Positions 10,246 to 19,883 of a DNA stretch of 64,000 bases are shown in pieces (position 1 is the stretch's first letter; each line of letters begins with the position of its first letter). The notes below the pieces were generated by a model that saw only the letters and a program-made list of their open reading frames with translations, did no database searches and was not told the origin of the DNA. This DNA is from Microcystaceae cyanobacterium (GTDB lineage Bacteria > Cyanobacteriota > Cyanobacteriia > Cyanobacteriales > Microcystaceae): assembly GCA_041746575.1 (NCBI GenBank), contig JBGTGT010000022.1, forward strand, positions 1-64,000, read 5' to 3'. Made by a program: the position numbers and the translations under genes.

Positions 10246-11793
10246 ATGAAAACCCTTATTTCTCCTATTTTACTTACCAGTAGTTTAACCTTGGGTGTGA
10301 CGACACTAGGCATTCCTGCCGCTCAAGGGGCAACATGGACGTACAATGCAATTCCCACCAGCAAAGCGTGTTACGCTGATTCACGAATCGACCCGAATAC
10401 CGCACTCTGTAGCAATCCCAATGATCCGATTGATTTCCTCACCACGGGATATCTCAATGGTAGCAATACGGTTACGCCCCGCGGCACACAAAATATTTAT
10501 GCGGCCTTCGATCTCAGTAATATTATTAGCGATTTGCAAACCTTGCAAACTAATAATCCCAACTCAGACTATCTAGTGCGGATTGTTAATGCCAACGTGA
10601 CAGCCTTACAAAGCTCAGAAAATGATGCGAACCCCAACAATCCCAATGGTTCGCCCCGTCTGCAACCGAGCTTTACTCGAATTACGCAGTTTGATGCGAG
10701 ATTAACAACGACAACGTGGAACGAAAGTACCTTAACCTTTGCCAATAAACCGACCGTTAATCCAGCGAGTATGCCTCTGTTTTCGGGGGCAATTTCGGCT
10801 AATGCCAATGGCACAAGATTAAATACTTATACAGGGGATGGATTAAACGGCTTTTTCGACCAAGTGTTAAATGGGGCGGTTAGCGGCACTCCAACTCCCT
10901 CGGAATTATCTTTTGGCATTCAATCTACGACGGGAAATTTTAGACCGAATTTGCCCTTTCGCGCCTTCCCTATTGATGACTTTGTGGCGGGGTCTTTCAA
11001 CCTCAATTTACAATTGGAAGTCTATGAGAGGCAATTATGGACAGCGGTAAACCGTATTGGTGGAAAAAATACGTGGGAACACGCCCTCACTACTGACAAC
11101 ACCGGAATCGTCATTCCAACGCCTATTGATCGCACATGGGTCAGTAATCAACAGGTGCCTTTTCGACTCCTATACGACGAAGCCACCCGTCAAGTTCAGT
11201 TTATTCTCAATCCATCGAGTGCCAATCCGCAAATTACGACCTATACGGCACCCCCCTTAACCGCCAATAATAAATTAGAAGGGATTGAGATTCTGGCCAA
11301 TGTTCGAACGGGTTTTTGTGCCAACGGAATTGACCAAAGCGTCAGTCCTAACACACGCTCAACCCTGCAAGTAACCAGTATTAGAGCAAGAGGCTCATCG
11401 ACAAGCGTCAATATTAAACCTACGGCGGGAACAGCCAGTGCCATTGAGCCAACAATTCCGGGCTTTGAGCAGCAAAAAATGTTTATTCCCTTCAGTCAAA
11501 TTTTAACCAGCGCAACCAACAAAGATGCCAGTCGCATTGATGGCTTCGTCAATATTAATTGGCCAGCCAGTGGGGTCAATCCGCAAACCTCTTGTCGAGA
11601 TGGGGCAAATGCTCGAATTACCTCCCAAATTATTCCCTATTCAACGATCCCTCAAACGAGTCTCCCAACGACGACGGCATCCCCTGATATTCAATCTACG
11701 CCCGAACCGAGTTCAATCTTCGGCTTGTTGTTAATGGGAACCGCCGGAATTCGTTTACGCCGTCAATCCAACAAAGAGGATGACAAAAAATGA
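10246..11793 (+). CDS. Secreted PEP-CTERM sorting-domain protein
   Basis: Signal peptide ending AQG-A, an Asn/Thr/Pro-rich body, and C-terminal TPEPSSIFGLLLMGTAGIRLRR. Confidence 0.85.
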   Translation: MKTLISPILLTSSLTLGVTTLGIPAAQGATWTYNAIPTSKACYADSRIDPNTALCSNPNDPIDFLTTGYLNGSNTVTPRGTQNIYAAFDLSNIISDLQTLQTNNPNSDYLVRIVNANVTALQSSENDANPNNPNGSPRLQPSFTRITQFDARLTTTTWNESTLTFANKPTVNPASMPLFSGAISANANGTRLNTYTGDGLNGFFDQVLNGAVSGTPTPSELSFGIQSTTGNFRPNLPFRAFPIDDFVAGSFNLNLQLEVYERQLWTAVNRIGGKNTWEHALTTDNTGIVIPTPIDRTWVSNQQVPFRLLYDEATRQVQFILNPSSANPQITTYTAPPLTANNKLEGIEILANVRTGFCANGIDQSVSPNTRSTLQVTSIRARGSSTSVNIKPTAGTASAIEPTIPGFEQQKMFIPFSQILTSATNKDASRIDGFVNINWPASGVNPQTSCRDGANARITSQIIPYSTIPQTSLPTTTASPDIQSTPEPSSIFGLLLMGTAGIRLRRQSNKEDDKK

Positions 11794-12093
11794 TCAATAA
11801 GCAATAATGCGATAAACTGCCTTTTTATCCTTAAAATTGTGGAAAATATCGACTTTATGGGGGATTGGAGTCTAGCACGCTAATCCTTTCTGCTGAAAAA
11901 TCTTGACGTTAAACTCAAAATAAACTGAGAAGCTATGTTACATTTTTTAATAGGTTCAGCCAATCGTCGGCTTAAACCAAAACCATGCCATCGTAAGCAT
12001 AAACCGATTCTTGGAAGACTGACCCCCTCGGTTTTATACTAGATGGATCAGACTTCCTCAAGTGTAACCCTTTCATTTTTACGTTTAGCTTTA

Positions 12094-12762
12094 ATGTTTT
12101 CCAAACAAGTCTCTGATTCTCCTGTCTTCAAATGGTTTGACGAACGCCTAGACGTTGAGGCCATTTCCGATGACATCACCAGTAAATACGTTCCTCCCCA
12201 CGTCAATATCTTTTATTGTTTGGGAGGACTCACCTTAACCTGCTTTTTAATCCAGTTTGCCACTGGATTCGCCATGACCTTCTATTACAAACCAACGGTA
12301 GCAGAAGCCTTTACCTCCGTTCAATATATGATGAATGAAGTGAACTTTGGCTGGTTAATCCGTTCTGTCCATCGTTGGTCAGCGAGTATGATGGTTCTGA
12401 TGATGATCCTGCACATTTTCCGCGTCTATTTAACCGGTGGTTTCAAAAAACCGAGAGAATTAACGTGGATTGTTGGCGTCACCATGGCCGTGATCACCGT
12501 ATCTTTTGGCGTAACGGGTTATTCTCTGCCTTGGGATCAAGTGGGTTATTGGGCGGTTAAAATCGTATCGGGTGTACCTGCCGCTATCCCCGTCGTTGGG
12601 GATCAAATGGTGGAATTACTGCGAGGCGGTGCCAGTGTCGGACAATCAACCCTCACCCGTTTTTACAGTATCCATACCTTCGTTTTACCGTGGTTAATGG
12701 CAGTATTTATGTTACTGCACTTCCTCTTAATTCGGAAACAAGGGATTTCTGGCCCCTTGTAA
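12094..12762 (+). CDS. petB: Cytochrome b6
   Basis: [24 protein letters not shown] and RKQGISGPL. Start at MFSKQ gives 222 aa. Confidence 0.98.
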   Translation: MFSKQVSDSPVFKWFDERLDVEAISDDITSKYVPPHVNIFYCLGGLTLTCFLIQFATGFAMTFYYKPTVAEAFTSVQYMMNEVNFGWLIRSVHRWSASMMVLMMILHIFRVYLTGGFKKPRELTWIVGVTMAVITVSFGVTGYSLPWDQVGYWAVKIVSGVPAAIPVVGDQMVELLRGGASVGQSTLTRFYSIHTFVLPWLMAVFMLLHFLLIRKQGISGPL

Positions 12763-12872
12763 AGCTTATCAATGACCTCCCGTGATCTTCGTTATGATTT
12801 AGGGAGCATTGCCACAATTCAGGACGAATCCCTCTTACCGATTCTTAGTCAAATTAAGGAGAGATCCTATCC

Positions 12873-13355
12873 ATGTCAACCCTCAAAAAACCCGACCTCA
12901 GTGATCCCGCCCTGCGCGCCAAACTGGCTAAAGGCATGGGACACAACTACTATGGGGAAATTGCCTGGCCGAACGATATTCTTTATATGTTCCCTGTCTG
13001 TATGCTAGGGATTTTAGGTCTAGTCGTTGGTTTATCCATCTTAGATCCTGCCCTCATCGGAGAACCGGCTGATCCCTTCGCAACTCCCCTAGAAATTTTA
13101 CCCGAATGGTATTTATACCCCGTTTTCCAAATTTTGCGGGTACTCCCCAATAAACTCTTAGGAATTGCTTGTCAAGGGGCGATTCCCTTGGGATTAATGC
13201 TGATTCCTTTTATTGAAAGCGTTAACAAGTTTCAAAACCCTTTCCGTCGTCCAGTGGCGATGACGGTTTTCCTATTCGGCACTTTCTTCGCTATTTATTT
13301 AGGAATTGGGGCAGCTTTGCCCATTGATAAATCGTTAACCCTAGGCTTGTTCTAA
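12873..13355 (+). CDS. petD: Cytochrome b6f subunit IV
   Basis: [15 protein letters not shown] and NPFRRP; 160 aa. Confidence 0.98.
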   Translation: MSTLKKPDLSDPALRAKLAKGMGHNYYGEIAWPNDILYMFPVCMLGILGLVVGLSILDPALIGEPADPFATPLEILPEWYLYPVFQILRVLPNKLLGIACQGAIPLGLMLIPFIESVNKFQNPFRRPVAMTVFLFGTFFAIYLGIGAALPIDKSLTLGLF

Positions 13356-13488
13356 CAGCCGAATTCTCTCTGCCTGCGGTTGCTTCTTGGTGTCAGTCAT
13401 GAAGGGGCGATCGCAGGTCTTGTTTTGTCTCTGTATCAAGAAAATTGCTGATTATCTACCCTAAAAAAGGTTCTAAAAGAAAGGGATT

Positions 13489-14106
13489 ATGGCGACCATT
13501 GCAGTAATCGATTATAATATGGGAAATTTGCACTCTGCCTGTAAAGGCCTAGAAAAAGCGGGCGCAACGCCAAAAGTGACCGATTCTCCCCAAGAAATTG
13601 CCCAGGCAGACGCTATTGTCTTACCCGGTGTCGGCTCATTCGATCCGGCCGTTAAACAGCTTCGTTCTCGGCACCTCGTCGAACCGCTCAAAGAGGCGAT
13701 CGCCAAGGGAAAACCGTTTTTAGGCATCTGTTTAGGGTTGCAAATCCTGTTTGAAGGGTCCGAAGAAGGCAAAGAAGCTGGTTTAGGCATTATTCCGGGA
13801 ATGGTGCGCCGATTCAAGTCAGAACCCAGTTTGACCATTCCCCACATGGGCTGGAATCAATTAAACTTAAAGCAGAATTCTCTTTCCCTCTGGCAAAATT
13901 TACCCCCCTCTCCCTATGTTTACTTTGTTCACTCCTATTATGTTGATCCTGTAGATTCCCAAGTGACTGCAGCCACCGTGCAGCATGGTCAGCAAGAGGT
14001 GACTGCCGCCATCGCTAAAGGTAACCTGATGGCCGTACAATTTCACCCCGAAAAGTCCTCGGAGACAGGATTACAAATTTTGTCCAATTTTGTGCAACAG
14101 CTTTAA
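13489..14106 (+). CDS. hisH: Imidazole glycerol phosphate synthase, glutamine amidotransferase subunit
   Basis: DYNMGNLHS, LPGVGSF, GICLG and QFHPEKS. Confidence 0.96.
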   Translation: MATIAVIDYNMGNLHSACKGLEKAGATPKVTDSPQEIAQADAIVLPGVGSFDPAVKQLRSRHLVEPLKEAIAKGKPFLGICLGLQILFEGSEEGKEAGLGIIPGMVRRFKSEPSLTIPHMGWNQLNLKQNSLSLWQNLPPSPYVYFVHSYYVDPVDSQVTAATVQHGQQEVTAAIAKGNLMAVQFHPEKSSETGLQILSNFVQQL

Positions 14107-14151
14107 AAACGCTTAATCATCGACAGAGATAGCTGACGGAGGGACGAGATC

Positions 14152-14637
14152 GTGTTTAAAAAAATTTTAGTCGCAATGGATATGTCTGACATCGGGGAAA
14201 AAGTCTTCGATGAGGCGTTAGCTTTGGCTATGGTGTATCAGGGTTCTTTATTGTTGGTTCATGTCCTTTCTTCTGAAGAAAACAACAGCCCTCTTCCTAT
14301 TCCGCCTGATCTCTCCCAATTATATCCCGCCCAAGGCAATGATTTAACCTTAGAAATGTGGCGACAACAGTGGGAAGTCTTTGAACAAGAAGGTAGAGAA
14401 ACGTTAATTAGAAGAACCCAAAAAGCAACGCAACAGGGATTAGACGTTAACTATCGTCAAATTTCGGGAAGTCCGGGGCGCACTATCTGTAAAATCGCTC
14501 AAGAAGAAGCTATTAACTTAATTGTCGTTGGACATCGAGGTTTATCGGGACTAGAAGAACTATTGATGGGCAGTGTCAGTAATTATGTCTTTCATCACGC
14601 CCCTTGCTCGGTCTTAATTGTTAATGGTAAATCTTGA
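14152..14637 (+). CDS. Universal stress protein
   Basis: FKKILVAMD and IVVGHRGLSGLEELLMGSVS...APCSVLIV. Confidence 0.92.
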   Translation: MFKKILVAMDMSDIGEKVFDEALALAMVYQGSLLLVHVLSSEENNSPLPIPPDLSQLYPAQGNDLTLEMWRQQWEVFEQEGRETLIRRTQKATQQGLDVNYRQISGSPGRTICKIAQEEAINLIVVGHRGLSGLEELLMGSVSNYVFHHAPCSVLIVNGKS

Positions 14638-14715
14638 ATTTTGAACTTATTTTCTTTTTTAACAAAAAGAGGCCTTTAATTAAAATTTATCATTTATATT
14701 ACATAATTGACAAAA

Positions 14716-17700
14716 ATGAATGAAAACTGGCAAGTGTCTTTATTTGAAAGTTTAGATGAGGGTATTGCTTTAATAGAAGAAACAAGCTTTACTTTTTGCC
14801 AAGTTAATCCCTCTTTTGCTCATTTACTCAATTCTACAGTCAATCAACTCCAAGAACAACCCTTAGCGACGGTGATTCCCGATGCCGATTGGCCAATTTG
14901 GTTAGAAAACTTAACCCAATGGCGAGAGACTCAACACCCTCAATGGCGAACCCAAGAGATAAGGATTAAGGGAAATCGCTTACGGGCTAAATTGCAATAT
15001 CCTTACTCTGATAAGGGACAAAATTATTACATTTTACAGTTAGCGTCTTTTGATGATGCCAATTGTCCCCAAAATCCCATCTATCAATCCGTCTTGCAAG
15101 AATTACGCAGAAGCGAAAAGCGATTTCGAGAGATCGCTGAAAATATTCGAGATGTTTTTTATATTGTTTGCCCCAATAACGGTCAAATTCTTTACCTCAG
15201 TCCTGCTTATGAGCAAATATGGGGAAAACCCTGTCAAGCTGTTTATGAGAATCCCGATGCTTGGATAAATAGAATTCATCCTCAAGATAAACCAAAAATA
15301 CTAAAGCATATTGCAAAAAATGATGTTTCCTTGGAATTTAAAGAAGAATATCGCATTATTCGCCCCGATGGAGAAATACGCTGGATTTGGGATCGGGCAT
15401 TTCCGGTGTACCAACAAAACGGAATTTTAGATTACTATGTGGGAATCGCAGAAGATATTACGGAGTATAAACTAGCAGAGCAGGAATTAAGACAATCAAA
15501 AGCCCAATATCAATCAATTTTGAACCTTAGTTACGAAGGATTTCTGATCATCGATACAGATGGCCACATTGTGGAAGTAAATGATGCTTATTGTCATCTG
15601 TTAGGTTATACCCGAGAAGAATTATTGCGGTTAACCATTGCGGATATAGAATCCCTTAAACACGGTAACTGTCGTTCGCTCAAGTATGAAGAAAACTTTA
15701 AGAGCGATCGCTTTGAAACCTGCCATCGGAAAAAAGACGGAACTATCCTTACAATTGAAGCTAGCGTCAATTATTTGCCTGATTGTGGCTATACGTTCAG
15801 TTTTATGCGCAATATTAGCGAACGCAGAAAAACAGAAGAAAAACTACGATTTCAAGCCCAGTTACTAGACAGTGTCAGAGAATCGGTAACCGCCGTTGAT
15901 CTAGACGGAAAGATCATTTACTGGGGAAAAGGCGCAGAAATTCTGTATGGTTACACCGCCGCAGATGTGGTAGGAAAGGAGATGACGCCGTTGATTGTTT
16001 CTCCTGCCCAGCAATCGGAAGAACAAATGCGCCTTGAAACAGCTATTGAAAAAGGATACTGGAAGGGGCAGTACTGGCAAAAACGAAAAGATGGTTCTGA
16101 ATTTTGGTCGGATACACTTATTTCCGTGATCAGAGACGAAGAGGGACGACCTCGTGGCTTAATTGGGATTGATCGGGACATGACTGACTGGAAACGCTAT
16201 GAAATTGCCCTTCAACAAGAACGGGAATTTAAGAGTCGGGTGTTAGATAATCTCCCTATTGGTATTGCGGTTCATACCCTTGATTATACGGAACAATTAT
16301 ACATTAATGAGCAATTTTGTCAAATTTACGGACTTTCTCCCCATAAACAGATCACAATTACTGAATTATTCAATACTATTTTTCCCGATTCCCTTGAGTG
16401 TCAACAACAATTAGAACAATTGATGAGCGATCTTAGCAGTGGAGATCCTGAGCGAATGCATTGGGAAAATATCACCATTTATGGAGGAAAAACGAACGAA
16501 AAAACCATTAATGCCAAAAATATTCCCCTTTATGAGCAGAATTTGATGATTTCGACCGTTTGGGATGTGACTCCTCAACGCAAAGCAGAAGAGGAACTAA
16601 GGGAAAGTGAAGCGCGATTTCGGGCGATATTTGAACAAGCAGCTGTCGGTATGGCCATCGTAGCCATTTCAGGGCAATTTTTGCGTGTTAATCAGAAATT
16701 ATGCGATCTAACGGGTTATAGTGAGGCAGAATTACTAGAGATGGATTGCGGAGATCTTAATCATCCGGAGGAGCAAGATCTTTGTGTAGAAATTCGGCAA
16801 AAAATGGCGAGGGGCGAACTGACAACCTTGTCTGCGGAAAGAAGACAAATGAACGCCCAACATCAAAGTATATGGTGTCATTTTACCGTTGCTATCATTA
16901 AAAATGGTCAGAATATTCCCCAATATTTTGTTGCGATTGTACAGGATATTCAAGATCGCAAAGAAACCGAACTCGAATTACAAGAAGCCAAAGAATGTGC
17001 AGAAGCAGCCAACCGAGCAAAAAGTCAATTTCTAGCAAATATGAGCCACGAACTCCGAACACCCCTTAATTCTATCCTTGGCTTTACTCAATTAATGACC
17101 CGCTCTGCTCAAACCCCTGTCAGACATCAGCAGTATCTGGAAGTAGTGAGTCGCTCAGGAGAACATTTATTGGCACTCATTAACGATATTTTAGATTTAT
17201 CAAAGATCGAAGCTGGAAAAAATGAATTAGCATCCGAAAACATTTCGTTAAGTCTATTTTTAGAGAATATCCATCAAATGTTTCGCTTGAAAGCCGAAAC
17301 GAAGGGATTACAGTTACAATTTGCGATCGCTGATGAGGTGCCTAACTGTGTTCAAACCGATGTCAAAAAATTACGCTCGATTTTGATCAATTTACTGAAT
17401 AATGCCCTCAAATTTACAGAAACAGGCAAAGTAACCGTTAAAGTAACCTGTTTAAGCGATGATCGACTAATCCCCCATCAGTGTCGCCTCTGCTTCACCG
17501 TTGAAGACACCGGAGTTGGCATCGATGCTTCAGAATTAGACAACATTTTCGACGCGTTTGTGCAAACCTCAAAGAGCCAAAAATTACCTGAAGGAACGGG
17601 GCTAGGATTAGCTATTAGTCGCAGTTTTGTCAAAATGATGGGAGGGGACATTCAGGTAGAAAGTTACTTCGGAAAAGGCTCAATTTTCACCTTTAATGTC

Positions 17701-18162
17701 GTGGTTTCTGTTGTTCAGTCCAGTCAACTTCCTTCGAGTGTACTCTCCCACGAAGTGGTTTGTCTTGCAGAAGATCAACCCCATTACCGAATTTTAGTTG
17801 TGGAAGATCACCCAACCAACCAAGACCTTTTGGTTAATTTGCTTAAATCGGTAGGATTTTACGTCAAGGCGGCCGATAATGGTGAAATGGCCGTCGAGCT
17901 TTATCAAAGCTGGCAACCTCACTTGATTTGGATGGATATGCGCATGCCTGTAATGGACGGTTATCAAGCAACTCAGCGTATTCGCGAACTGGAAGGAGAA
18001 AATTCGGTGGTTATTATAGCTTTAACTGCAACGGTTCTAGAATCCCAACAAATTCAAATGTTAGCGGTCGGCTGTAATGACATTGTCGCTAAACCCTATC
18101 GTCAATCGGTGATTTTTGAAAAGATGGCCCAACATCTAGGAGTTCGTTACGGCTATAAGTAA
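14716..18162 (+). CDS. Multi-PAS hybrid sensor histidine kinase/response regulator
   Basis: About six PAS/PAC repeats, H-box MSHELRTPL, NALKFT, DTGVGI, GTGLGL, and a receiver domain with IWMDMRMP. Confidence 0.93.
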   Translation: MNENWQVSLFESLDEGIALIEETSFTFCQVNPSFAHLLNSTVNQLQEQPLATVIPDADWPIWLENLTQWRETQHPQWRTQEIRIKGNRLRAKLQYPYSDKGQNYYILQLASFDDANCPQNPIYQSVLQELRRSEKRFREIAENIRDVFYIVCPNNGQILYLSPAYEQIWGKPCQAVYENPDAWINRIHPQDKPKILKHIAKNDVSLEFKEEYRIIRPDGEIRWIWDRAFPVYQQNGILDYYVGIAEDITEYKLAEQELRQSKAQYQSILNLSYEGFLIIDTDGHIVEVNDAYCHLLGYTREELLRLTIADIESLKHGNCRSLKYEENFKSDRFETCHRKKDGTILTIEASVNYLPDCGYTFSFMRNISERRKTEEKLRFQAQLLDSVRESVTAVDLDGKIIYWGKGAEILYGYTAADVVGKEMTPLIVSPAQQSEEQMRLETAIEKGYWKGQYWQKRKDGSEFWSDTLISVIRDEEGRPRGLIGIDRDMTDWKRYEIALQQEREFKSRVLDNLPIGIAVHTLDYTEQLYINEQFCQIYGLSPHKQITITELFNTIFPDSLECQQQLEQLMSDLSSGDPERMHWENITIYGGKTNEKTINAKNIPLYEQNLMISTVWDVTPQRKAEEELRESEARFRAIFEQAAVGMAIVAISGQFLRVNQKLCDLTGYSEAELLEMDCGDLNHPEEQDLCVEIRQKMARGELTTLSAERRQMNAQHQSIWCHFTVAIIKNGQNIPQYFVAIVQDIQDRKETELELQEAKECAEAANRAKSQFLANMSHELRTPLNSILGFTQLMTRSAQTPVRHQQYLEVVSRSGEHLLALINDILDLSKIEAGKNELASENISLSLFLENIHQMFRLKAETKGLQLQFAIADEVPNCVQTDVKKLRSILINLLNNALKFTETGKVTVKVTCLSDDRLIPHQCRLCFTVEDTGVGIDASELDNIFDAFVQTSKSQKLPEGTGLGLAISRSFVKMMGGDIQVESYFGKGSIFTFNVVVSVVQSSQLPSSVLSHEVVCLAEDQPHYRILVVEDHPTNQDLLVNLLKSVGFYVKAADNGEMAVELYQSWQPHLIWMDMRMPVMDGYQATQRIRELEGENSVVIIALTATVLESQQIQMLAVGCNDIVAKPYRQSVIFEKMAQHLGVRYGYK

Positions 18163-18210
18163 AGAAGCTTAATTGACACTCCCATCGACGGAGTCGAGGG
18201 ATTCTTGGTT

Positions 18211-19449
18211 CTATGAGGTTGCTTGCTTTGACAGAATTACTTCAGTTAAAGTAGAGGCATCCTCTCCCCAAGCGTTTTGACTATCAGTTAGCCAAGTTCC
18301 CGTATGCCCTGCGGTAACGGCAGTTGCTTCTCTTGGGGAGACCCCAAGACCGCACTGCCTCCTTAATCCTATCTTAAGAATATTAATCGCTGCATTTTCG
18401 TCTCTGTCTAGGCGACAACCACAAGAACAAACATGAGTTCTTGTTGATAGAGATTTTTTAACAGTTTCTCCACAATTAGAGCATTTTTGGCTTGTATATT
18501 GAGGCGGGACGGCAATAGTATGCTTGCCGTACTTAACCCCAAAATACTCCAACCAAAGACGAAACTGATACCATGCAACATCGCTTATCGACTTAGCTAG
18601 ACAGTGGTTTTTAACTAGGTTCTTTATTCTCAAATCTTCGTAAGCAATCAAGTCTCTCGACCGAACTACGCAGTAAGCTATTCTTTTAGCAAACTCTTTA
18701 CGTTGCCTACTTATCTTGAGGTGTCCCCTACTTAATCTAGTCCGCGCTTTCTTTCTATTGGAAGACCCTTTCTTCTTCTTAGAAACTCTTCTTTGAAGTT
18801 TCTTAAGTTTCTTTTCTCCCTTTCTTAAAAAGCGAGGGTTTTCAACTTTATTCCCCTCGTGGTCAGTATAGAAAGATTCCAAACCAACATCTAAACCGAT
18901 AGCTTTACCTGTTGGTTGTGTCTCTATCTTTAGGTTAACTGAAAGAATGAATTGGCAATAATATCCACCCGCACGCCTGACCAATCTAACCCGTTTTATT
19001 GATTCAATGGGGTAGAAATGTAAGTCATATGTTCCAACCAGTCTAAGCCGTCCAATACCTTTTTTATCAGTAAAGGTAATCGCTTTACGGGTATTGTTAT
19101 CAAGATTCCATCCAGTGGTTTTATACTCTACAGAATGGCAATTCTTTTTAAACTTTGGATATCCTTTCTTACCTGGATTTTTCTTCTTGCAGTTGTCGTA
19201 AAAACGAGATATGGCTGACCATGCTCTTTCAGCACTTGACTGTCTAGCTTGAGAATTTAGCTTGTTAGCGAAGTCAAAATCATGAGCCAATACACGACAA
19301 TATTTATTGAGGTCATATCTTCCGACCTTTTCATTATCCATCCAATAGCGTAAACATTTATTTTGGACGAATTGAGCGGTACGGATTGCCTCGTCTATTG
19401 CTGTATATTGATGTTTTTTAGCTCTGACTTTAAATTCAAAAACTAGCAT
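18211..19449 (-). CDS. tnpB: RNA-guided endonuclease TnpB
   Basis: RuvC motifs GLDVG, AYEDL and DRDENAA, plus the zinc finger CSNC...CSCG. Confidence 0.95.
   Translation of the reverse strand: MLVFEFKVRAKKHQYTAIDEAIRTAQFVQNKCLRYWMDNEKVGRYDLNKYCRVLAHDFDFANKLNSQARQSSAERAWSAISRFYDNCKKKNPGKKGYPKFKKNCHSVEYKTTGWNLDNNTRKAITFTDKKGIGRLRLVGTYDLHFYPIESIKRVRLVRRAGGYYCQFILSVNLKIETQPTGKAIGLDVGLESFYTDHEGNKVENPRFLRKGEKKLKKLQRRVSKKKKGSSNRKKARTRLSRGHLKISRQRKEFAKRIAYCVVRSRDLIAYEDLRIKNLVKNHCLAKSISDVAWYQFRLWLEYFGVKYGKHTIAVPPQYTSQKCSNCGETVKKSLSTRTHVCSCGCRLDRDENAAINILKIGLRRQCGLGVSPREATAVTAGHTGTWLTDSQNAWGEDASTLTEVILSKQATS
18317..18361 (+). repeat. 45-nt small dispersed hairpin repeat inserted in frame in tnpB
   Basis: ACGGCAGTTGCTTCTCTTGGGGAGACCCCAAGACCGCACTGCCTC. 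Removing it restores GLSTAGHTG. Confidence 0.88.
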
Positions 19450-19555
19450 TTATGTCAAAGTGAACAACCTAGATCTAGGTTAGCATCGTTTTATTTTTAT
19501 TGACCAAAATCTTTTCAAGCGTGCTACGCTGTTAATATATTGGTCAGCTTTTCAT

Positions 19556-19600
19556 GAGGCAGTTCTGTTGGCGGGTTCCCCGACATAAAGAAACTGCCGT
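19556..19600 (-). repeat. 45-nt small dispersed hairpin repeat abutting the IS left-end hairpin
   Basis: Reverse complement is ACGGCAGTTTCTTTATGTCGGGGAACCCGCCAACAGAACTGCCTC, with the same ends and length as the 18317 copy. Confidence 0.88.
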
Positions 19601-19883
19601 CCCATCGGCGGAGCCGAGGGTCTTCAATCTGACATTTTAAGATAAAATCAAAATACCAAAAAACTAAAGATAAAATAAAAGTTAAGCTATTTTTTGTAAT
19701 TATATTGTTCTTTGATTGATTTTTACCACCTGATTGAGGCATTATTCAATGATGAATGGGTATCACTGTTGAGGGTAAAGATGACAGAAAACGATAAAAA
19801 AAGTTTGAAAGATTGGCACTCTTTCCCAAATCTCCTTTTATAATAAGCGGATTCATGATCAAACAGAGGTTTAACGATACAGA

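Larger units (their letters stand above)
18173..19646 (-). mobile_element. IS200/IS605-family element, tnpB only (IS1341-like); left boundary approximate
   Basis: Right end on the minus strand reads GAAT-CCCTCGACTCCGTCGATGGG-AGTG-TCAA. A related left-end hairpin CCCTCGGCTCCGCCGATGGG lies at 19601-19620. There is no tnpA. Confidence 0.85.

Noticed and set aside
12043..12093. N-terminal extension of PetB, and similar extensions of recQ, ybjN, the VanY gene and the TMEM165 genes
   Set aside because: These are longest-ORF artefacts. Downstream starts give family-typical proteins.
19524..19742. 72-aa ORF as a possible tnpA remnant
   Set aside because: It has no HUH motif and simply reads through the IS left end and a hairpin insert.
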